Shown one piece after another: positions 59,627-64,000 of a stretch of 64,000 nt of DNA. Origin of the DNA: Cyanophora paradoxa CCMP329 (taxonomy: Eukaryota; Plantae; Glaucophyta). A program made the position numbers and the translations under genes. The notes below the pieces were generated by a model. That model ran no database searches and had not been told where the DNA came from. It saw nothing but the letters and a program-made list of their open reading frames with translations. The stretch is from positions 62,001-126,000 of the forward strand of contig QPMI01000212.1 of assembly GCA_004431415.1 (NCBI GenBank), written 5' to 3'. Within the stretch, counting starts at the first letter, position 1, and every line of letters starts with the position of its first letter.

Positions 59627-62600
59627 ATGGGCCGGGGCGACGGGGCGGTCGCCTGCTGGATGCTCGCGCTCCTCGCGTCAGCGCTAGCCACGGACCTCGC
59701 CGACCCCGCGCTCCACGGCAGCAAGGTGCACAGTGATGAATTGCTGGTGCATCGCTGCGCCAGATTACGACGCCCCCAGATACTGCTGCGCTCCGGGACC
59801 TTGGACACCGCGGCGGTCCCGGCCCCGCGCATCGCAACCAAGTCGCTGGTCGACGCCAGCGTCGAGATACCAGTCCTGGTTCGTACCTCGGGAAGGGCAT
59901 TGCCCAGGGCTCTGAGCACCGGCTCGCTGCGCCCAAGTCTTCGAACCGCCGCGGGCGGCAGGTTCACATTGAGGAGCACGCGGCGAGCGAGCAGACGGCG
60001 GTGGAGGCGCTGCTCGCGGGCGCTGGCGTCAAGGCGACCGTGCTCGGCTACGTCCCCCACCACACGTGTCCGTCCCCGCCGCCCCCAACGCCCCCTGCTC
60101 TCTCCGAGGGCCCGCGCAGGGCTGCTGCTCTGCACGGCCGGAGAAGCCGAGCGCATCCGCACCCTGGAGCCGCGGGGCGTCTCGTGGGCGCGCCGGCCGC
60201 TCCCACCGCCCCTCTGCCGGCGCGGGGCGCTCACGGTGCGCAGGCGGGGCCGCTGGAGGCGGGCCAGAAGCTGAGCGAGGGCGAGTTTGGGTCGGGGGGC
60301 GCCCCCGCCCTCGAGGTCTACTTCGCCGTAGCCCCGGGCGCCGAGGGGCCCGACCTCGGTGGCCCCAGCTCGCTGCCGCCCCGCCTCCTCCCCGGCCCCT
60401 GACGCCCCCCCAGAGGAGATCGCGCAGGCGGCGGAGGCGGCCGGGGCGGTGCCGCCGGGGGCGCTCCGCTTCCGGCGCCTCTCGGCGGGCGCGGCGGCGG
60501 CGTCGCTCGCGGGGCGCCGGGGGCGGCGCTGCCGCTGGCGCGCTTCCTCGCGGGGCGGGCGGAGGTCCTCTGGGTGGGGCCTCGGCGCGCCACCCGCGCC
60601 CTGCGCAACCGGCACGCCTCCTCCGTCGTCCAGGGCGGCGACGTGCGCGCTCGCCGGGGCGTCGCGGGGCGGGGCGGCGTGGCGGGGGCGGGGCGGCTGA
60701 GGCGGGGGCGGGGGCAGGGGTCGACGGCGCCGGTGCACGCGCGGGGCCTGCGGGGCGAGGGCGAGATCGTCGGCATCGCCGACGACGGCGTCGACTGGGA
60801 CCACGTCCGCCCCCGCCCGCCCCCGGCGCTCCGGCCGCCGGCTGGCTCTGACTGCGGGGCCCCGCGCGCGCCGCGGCAGTGCCTGCTGCGGGAGGCGGCG
60901 GGGGCGTCGGAGAAGCCGCCGGCCTCGCCGGACCTCACCCGCCGCAAGATCGTCGCCTACCGCGTCTTCCCGGGCGCCGACACCGACACCTGCCAGGCCG
61001 GCAACTCCTGCAACAAGGTCCCCCCCCGCCCCCCGCCCCTCCGCCCCACTAGCTCCTCGATTTCGCGTCGGCGTCTCGCCCCCCGCTTGTCGGACACATC
61101 CGTCCGCCTCCCGCCGACGGCCAGCGGCGCAGCACGGGACGCACGTGGCGGCGAGCCTCGTCGGGGAGGCACTGTACCCCGGCAACGCGAGCGTGCAGGG
61201 GGCGGCCGGCTCCTACCACGGCGTCGCCCCGGGCGCCAAGCTCGTCTTCCAGGACTTCGGCGCCTTCGACGACGCCGTGCCGCCCGCCCGCCCCTCCCCG
61301 CCCCCGCCGCCCCGCCCACGCTGCGGCGCGCAGCTCGCGGAGAGCATCGACCCCGTAGACACGCAGCTCTTCGGCCCCGCGTACGAGATGGGCGTCCGCA
61401 TCCACTCCGACTCGTGGGGCTGCGCCCCCGACGAGGGCCAGGCGCGCGGCACCGCCGGCTGCGCTGGGCTGGGCGTGACGGGGCGCGGGGCGGGGGCAGA
61501 CGGTGGCGGAGGCGTGCAACGTGTACAGCGCGGAGACGGCGCTGACGGACGCCTTCGTGTGGCGGCGCCCCGACTTCCTGGTCGTCTACGCGGCCGGCAA
61601 CGACGGGGACCAGGGGGCCGCCTCCGTCGGCGCCCCCGCCGTCGCCAAGAACGCCCTCTCCGTCGGCGCCTCCCAGGGGCCCCTCGCCTCCTTCCTCGTC
61701 CGCCCCGCCCCGCCCCCGCCCCCGCCCCGCCCCCGCCCTCCGCCCCCGCCCCCGCCCCTCCCCCGCCCCGCCCCCGTCCCCTGCATGCTCTGGCACGCGC
61801 CCTTCCGTCTTTGTAGGGCGAGGGCCCTCCCCCCGCGTCTCTCTCACGCTCTCCGATGTGCCACTCCCCAAGCTCTCCTGAGTGCCCCCTCCGTCGCTCG
61901 GCAGCTAGATCAAAGCGGGCCGGGCGCGCTTCTCCTCCTGCGCTGACCCGGGGCCCCGCACTGCAGAGCGCGGCCGACTATCCGGAGGACAACCGCTGCT
62001 GCATCACCCGGTGCGTTCCGCTTTCCTGGCGATCCCGCACGGGCGCCTGCTGACCGCCGGCCGCAGCCGCGACTGCTGCCGGGCCCTCCTCGTGCGCACA
62101 CCCCGCGTCCCTGCCCGGGGCGGCCGCAGCTGACGGCCCACTGCCACAGACGGCGGAGCTGTACAACCAAAACAACCTGGCGTGGTTCAGCTCCCTCGGT
62201 GCGTCCGCTCTGCCCTGCCCTCGGGGGCGCCGGGGAGCAGCGGCTGCTCACGGGGCGCAGGGCCGACCTGGGACGGCCGCCTCAAGCCCGACATCGTCGC
62301 CCGTGCGCCCTCGCGCCGCCCGCCGCAACGCCCGCGCGCGCGTGCCTCTCGGGCTCCGAAACGCCCGGCAGCGGGCCAGTACGTCACGTCGGCCCTCTCC
62401 ACGCGCTCCTACGACGATTTCCAGGCCCGCCGTCGCCCCCACCCGCCGCCCCCGCGCCGGCCCACACGCGCGTCGCCCACAGTGCGACAAGGCCTTCATT
62501 TCGGCCCAGGGCACCTCCGTGCGCCCCGCACACCTCTCTCTCACAGCCGACCCCTCACGGCGCCCTCAGATGGCTGCCCCGTTCGTGGCGGGGGCGGCGG

Positions 62601-64000
62601 CGCTGGTGCGGCAGTACCTGCGTGAGGGGTACTTCCCCTCGGGGGCGGCACGGGCGGCGGACGCGATCCCGTCGCCCTCGGCGGCGCTGCTGCGGGCCAT
62701 GCTGCTCCACTCGGCCGCCTCCCTCACGGGCTTCCTCCCGACCCGCGACAACCCCCGCGGCAGCCCGCTCCCCGCCGCCCCCAGCTTCCCCCAGGCGCCT
62801 CCCCGCCTGCCGCGGCCCCCTCCCCTCGGGCCTGAGGCGCGGCAGGGGTACGGGGTGGTGCGGCTGGCGTCGGTGCTGCGCTTCCCCGACTCGGCGTTCA
62901 ACCTGCACCTGCACGACTCGCCGGTGGCGCCCCCCGCCGGCGAGCTCGTCGAGTACCGCCTCCAGGCCCGCCGCGCCGCGCCCCGCCGGCCGGCCGCGCT
63001 GGGGTGGGGCGGGGTGAGGCGGGGGCGGCAGGTGACGGAGGGCGGGGGGCCGCTGCGGGCGACGCTGGCGTGGACGGACCCGCCGGCCTCGGCCATGTCC
63101 GCCCTCGCCCTCGTCAACGACCTCAACCTCATCGTCGTCGCCGAGGCCCGCCCCGCCCCCTCCCCGCCCCGCCCCGCCCGAGCGCCCCGCCCCCCGCAGG
63201 CCACCGGCGAGACCTTCCGGGGCAACGGCGGCGCTCGTCTCGATAACCTCAACAACAACGAGCAGGTCACGATCTCCGCGCCTCGCGCGGCGGTCTACGC
63301 CGTCCGCATCAACGGCTCCGTCCGCACCGGTGCGCTCCGCCGCCCGCGCCCCGCCCCGCTCCGCCCCCGCGAGCCCGCCGCCGCAGGCCCGCAGCCGTAC
63401 GCCCTCGTCATCACCGGCCGCTTCACCCTCCTATCCCCGGCCTCGGGTGCGCGGGGCGCGCTCCCCCCGTTGGGCGGCCGCCGAAGGGGCGGGGCAGGGA
63501 CGCGGGTGAGTCAGGCGAGCGAGACGGGCTCGTCCTCGAGCTCCCTCAGCAGCGGGGCCGTCGCCGGCATCGCCGCCGGGGCCGCCGCCGCCGGCCTGCT
63601 CCTCCTCGCCCTCGCGTGCGCCCCCGCCGCTGCCCCCGCCACTGCGCCCCCCGACCCCGCCCTCAACCCCAGAATCTTCTCCCTCGTCTACCTCTCCCGG
63701 CGCCAGTCACGGCCCCAGGGCCACACCGTTGGGCCTCCGGCCCCTCCCCCGCCTCCACCGCCCCTCGCCCCTGCACCGGGCCCTGCGCCTCTCGGACCCT
63801 CTAACTACAGCCCGTACCCCACCGCCTATCCCTCCGCCCCCGCCTACCCCTCCGCCCCCTACCCGCCGGCCCCCTACCCGCCCTACCCTGCTCCAAGCGC
63901 CCCCCCGGTAAACCCCTGCTTTTGTTGTCCGCGCGCCCTCACAAGAGCACCGACGCTCGCGCAGCAGGCGGCGCCGTTCGTGCCGCCCCGCGCGGCCGCG
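59627..64000 (+). CDS. Membrane-anchored subtilisin-like S8 serine protease (Kp43-type); continues past the window end
   Basis: Signal peptide; IVGIADDGVD, HGTHVA, YAAGNDG, DGRLKPDIVA, GTS|MAAP split by an intron, TLAWTDPP, LVNDLNL, NNNEQV; TM and Pro/Tyr tail. Confidence 0.92.

Noticed and set aside
1-64000. tRNA, rRNA or snRNA genes
   Set aside because: None recognised by eye; tRNAscan-SE or Infernal would be needed to exclude them

Overview
GC-rich, intron-dense eukaryotic nuclear DNA. Most long entries in the ORF track are GC-driven shadow frames, so real genes had to be spliced by hand across introns of about 50-70 bp. The organism is inferred to be a glaucophyte alga (Cyanophora-like): plastid transit peptides carry a Phe near the N-terminus, and plastid-protein genes sit beside cilium/centriole genes. 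About 22 genes can be supported. They include a ~5.6 kb tandem duplication carrying a small 11-mer-repeat membrane protein and a TPR/GT41 O-GlcNAc-transferase-like gene, followed by CtpA, RAMP4, a multi-HTH protein, WD40, XPC/Rad4, a degenerate P-loop kinase, a kelch protein, TMEM107, TFB5, a candidate ciliary microtubule inner protein, PPD2, SSX2IP, a two-helix LHC-like protein, calpain, a PSI-like membrane protein, an Omp85 barrel and an S8 subtilisin. The most notable observations are: (1) a probably plastid-targeted protein built from about five tandem excisionase/MerR-type winged-HTH units plus two AT-hooks; (2) very frequent GC-AG introns and non-standard donor sites; (3) a 3-nt micro-exon between two duplicated introns; (4) an OGT-like enzyme with a signal peptide; (5) a single-POTRA Omp85 with transit peptide plus signal peptide; (6) seven head-to-head gene pairs with only 71-258 bp between start codons. 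Exon boundaries are manual predictions, and homopolymer indels may be sequencing errors.
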